Of a stretch of 59,409 nucleotides of DNA, positions 57,137-59,409 are shown in pieces. Under the pieces are notes generated by a model. The model saw only the letters and a program-made list of their open reading frames with translations. It had not been told where the DNA came from and did no database searches. Source of the DNA: Myxococcales bacterium LLY-WYZ-16_1 (GTDB lineage: Bacteria; Myxococcota; Kuafuiibacteriia; Kuafuiibacteriales; Kuafuiibacteriaceae); the NCBI GenBank assembly GCA_031800475.1, contig DAPKRQ010000097.1:1-59409 (forward strand), in the 5' to 3' direction. The first letter of the stretch is position 1. Each line of letters opens with the position of its first letter. The position numbers were made by a program, and so were the translations under genes.

Positions 57137-57715
57137 GTGCTCCACCTGCAGTGGCAGACTCCAGCGGAATGGGGAGAGCGTGCGGTCCGTCAAATGGACG
57201 AGATCCTCCTGGACCACTGCCACTTGGAGAAGAAGGCGGCATCGACTGCGTTGAATTTCATCTTTCGGTACCCGGAGCAGCCCCAACTGATGCAACCGCT
57301 GTCCGAGCTCGCCCGAGAGGAGCTGGAGCATTTCGAGCTCGTCCTGGAGACATTGAATCGAAACGGCATGGGCTACGGACGCATTCGCCCGAGTCCGTAC
57401 GCGGGTAAGCTCCTTTCAGTGGTCCGAGAACGGGAGCCCGAACGGCTTCTCGACGGGCTGCTTTGCTGTGCCTTCATCGAAGCTCGATCTTGTGAGCGCA
57501 TGAAGCTGCTGTCCGAATTTCTTCCCGAGGGAGAACTCGCAGATCTCTATGCGAGCTTGCTTGCCTCAGAGGCGCGTCACCACCGACTCTATTTGGATCT
57601 GGCTGAGACCGTGACCTGTCGGTCCGTGGTGAGGGATCGGTGCGCCGAGGTCGGGCGGCACGAGGCCGGCGTCGCGCGGGGCCTGCCTAGAACACCTCGA
57701 CTGCACAATCGCTGA
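57137..57715 (+). CDS. miaE: tRNA-(ms2io6A37) hydroxylase MiaE
   Basis: DH..EKKAA, LAREELEHF, FIEARSCERM, SEARHH (di-iron ligands). Confidence 0.92.
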   Translation: MLHLQWQTPAEWGERAVRQMDEILLDHCHLEKKAASTALNFIFRYPEQPQLMQPLSELAREELEHFELVLETLNRNGMGYGRIRPSPYAGKLLSVVREREPERLLDGLLCCAFIEARSCERMKLLSEFLPEGELADLYASLLASEARHHRLYLDLAETVTCRSVVRDRCAEVGRHEAGVARGLPRTPRLHNR

Positions 57716-57807
57716 GGACGCCCCTGGATCTAGGGCCTCGTGCCCGATGCGCCTGTTCGTTCCGTCGCTCTTGTCCGCGACGCGAAAGCCGGACAGGCTG
57801 TCCCTCG

Positions 57808-58290
57808 ATGCCGAAGCAGTACTGGCTGTTCAAGACCGAGCCCGATGTCTATTCATGGGATGATCTGCTCCAAGAAGAGGACAGGACGACCCTTTGGGAC
57901 GGTGTCCGAAACTACCAGGCACGCAACATCCTCCGGGACGAAGTGAAGCTCGATGATGAAGTATTGTGGTATCATAGTCGAACTTCGCCCCAAACGATCG
58001 TTGGAATAGCCAAGGTGGTGAAGACAGCCTATCCGGATCCCAGCCAGTTCGACCCAAAGTCGAAGTACTTCGATCCGAAGGCGACCAAAGACGCTCCGCG
58101 CTGGTACTCGGTGGACGTTCGAGCGCACCGGCAGTTCCGCCATCCGATCACGCGGCCGCAGCTGAAGGGACGCGAGGACTTGGAGGGCCTGATGGTTCTG
58201 AAGAAGGGCGCGCGTCTGTCGGTGCAGCCCGTGTCTGCACAGCATTGGAAGGTTTTGGTGGGCATGGGCGAGCCCGAGCCCTTGCGGTGA
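57808..58290 (+). CDS. EVE (PUA-like) domain protein
   Basis: YWLFKTEP, WDGVRNYQARN, WYHS, YPDPSQFDP.SKYFDPK, RLSVQPV. Confidence 0.93.
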   Translation: MPKQYWLFKTEPDVYSWDDLLQEEDRTTLWDGVRNYQARNILRDEVKLDDEVLWYHSRTSPQTIVGIAKVVKTAYPDPSQFDPKSKYFDPKATKDAPRWYSVDVRAHRQFRHPITRPQLKGREDLEGLMVLKKGARLSVQPVSAQHWKVLVGMGEPEPLR

Positions 58291-58330
58291 GGGGCGAGAC
58301 CGGCGGTGGCACCCATCTGGCGGCCGTTTA

Positions 58331-58353
58331 GCAGGCCGAAGGGTCCGGCCTGC
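58331..58353 (+). terminator. GC hairpin downstream of the EVE gene
   Basis: GCAGGCCG-aagggtc-CGGCCTGC; no U-tract. Confidence 0.3.
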
Positions 58354-58527
58354 CGACCGTCGCTCGGGATCCAGAGGCGCCCACTTCTCGCGGCTTCTCT
58401 TCCGGAAGGCTTCCCCCGTCCGCGCCGTGCCCCGTTTATCGAAGACCCCTGGGACCTCGGCCCATGCTTTCGCCTCGGCGCTACAGTTCGTCCGGGCTCG
58501 GCCGAATGACCCCACCGGGAAATCTCG

Positions 58528-59322
58528 ATGGCGCACTCCGAAGAAGGGTCACCCGCATTGGTCGCTTCGTGCCGGTCCCCGGCCGGTGACCGCTTCGAGG
58601 CCGAAATCCGTCGGCCGTCGCCTTCCGGGGTGTTTCTTCAGGTCGATCGGGAGCTGTGTCAGGGAGAGACACTCGAGCTGCTCGTTCACGATGGGGACGG
58701 GACCACCGTCAACTTCACCGGAACGGTCATGGCTTGGGTGCGCGGACGGGGCGTTCGCGTCGAGGCGATTCCCGGAACCCCACCCGAGATCCTGGATCAG
58801 CTGCTGGCCCTAAGCCAGCGGGTCTTGGAGGTTTCGCAGTCCACGGACCTGGCGCTTCAATTTGCCCGGCCTCGCTCGACCGCGCGGAAGCAGGCGGGGG
58901 GCCGCACCGTTCCGGGCGCGCTGCCCGCCGCCCGGACTGCGCTGGCGGGGACCCGGGTGCTCGTGATCGACGACGACCCCGGGATCGTGAAGCTGATGCA
59001 GCGGGCTCTGACGAGATTCGGTTGCGAGGTGACTGGTACCCAGAACCCGCCGCTGGCACTCGAATTGGCCGAGAGCTCGGACACGGACGTGATCTTGCTG
59101 GACTGGATGCTTCCCAAGATCCCTGGGGCCGAGATGTTGGACCGCTTGCGTCAGGCTCGGCAGGACCGGCCGGTGGCGGTCATCTCGGGGGCCCTGTGGT
59201 GGGACCAGGCCGCGGACCAGATCCGGTCCCAAGGAGCTAGCGAGGTCCTGGAGAAGCCGGTCGATTTCGAGAAGCTGGTGGCATGGCTGCAGGGCGTCGT
59301 CTCTTCCGCGTCGTCTCGGTGA
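58528..59322 (+). CDS. Degenerate PilZ-like domain + receiver domain protein
   Basis: N-terminal beta-barrel pattern (SPSGVFLQ..GETLELLV..FTGTVMAWVR); REC VLVIDDD, LLDWMLP..PG, ISG, LEKPV. Confidence 0.75.
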   Translation: MAHSEEGSPALVASCRSPAGDRFEAEIRRPSPSGVFLQVDRELCQGETLELLVHDGDGTTVNFTGTVMAWVRGRGVRVEAIPGTPPEILDQLLALSQRVLEVSQSTDLALQFARPRSTARKQAGGRTVPGALPAARTALAGTRVLVIDDDPGIVKLMQRALTRFGCEVTGTQNPPLALELAESSDTDVILLDWMLPKIPGAEMLDRLRQARQDRPVAVISGALWWDQAADQIRSQGASEVLEKPVDFEKLVAWLQGVVSSASSR

Positions 59323-59409
59323 AATCGCGCACGGTTGACCCGGCTGGGCTTGCTTCCCGCTGGGCACGGGCTCACACGGGTTGCGCCCGCCATGGCCCAG
59401 TCTCCCGCC

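Noticed and set aside
50900-58200. Apparent slight drop in GC suggesting horizontal transfer
   Set aside because: Spot checks gave similar values in other core genes, and the region holds housekeeping genes (der, miaE); a sliding-window calculation would be needed.
46-59393. Many long alternative-frame and antisense ORFs (e.g. 46..2214, 2661..4625, 33969..36032, 39990..41885, 44241..46070)
   Set aside because: Arg/Pro/Gly-rich shadows of real genes, expected in high-GC DNA; they overlap CDSs with clear family motifs.
1-59409. CRISPR arrays, IS elements, rRNA, long tandem repeats
   Set aside because: No regularly spaced direct repeats, transposase or integrase motifs, or rRNA-like sequence seen.

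Overview
A GC-rich bacterial chromosome segment, most likely from a Myxococcota/deltaproteobacterium (inferred from the DUF1592/DUF1552 pair, many lipoproteins and the rnc-era-der context). It holds about 48 plausible CDSs and one tRNA-Arg(CCU); I found no CRISPR array, integrase or transposase. Most long ORFs in the supplied track are antisense or off-frame shadows. The best signal is the first 12 kb, a short-chain carboxylate (acetate/propionate) uptake locus. A CbrA-like SLC5-STAC-PAS histidine kinase and a CbrB-like sigma54 activator are followed by a cNMP-CBS-nucleotidyltransferase (DUF294) and a DEDDh nuclease. Next to these lie an operon for a small subunit, a Na+:solute symporter and a porin, and a divergent prpE-like acyl-CoA synthetase. 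The 225-bp spacer between them has two back-to-back -24/-12 sigma54 promoters placed symmetrically around three CbrB-type hexamers at 11-bp spacing. My inference is a CbrAB-type system wired onto the gene set normally run by CrbS/CrbR, plus a possible nucleotidylation writer/eraser switch. The rest of the window carries ftsH, an APH-fold kinase/APS-kinase pair, an HDOD-GGDEF protein, a glgE-treS/mak-glgB-malQ operon, a PIN-PhoH protein and an antiporter-PTS EIIA fusion. It also has surE-nlpD-[DUF1592/DUF1552]-apt, tRNA-ihfB-mnmA-rnc-ppi-era-der, fdhD-ydeP, PCD-miaE-EVE and a PilZ-like/REC protein. All family assignments come from motif recognition; no database search was run.
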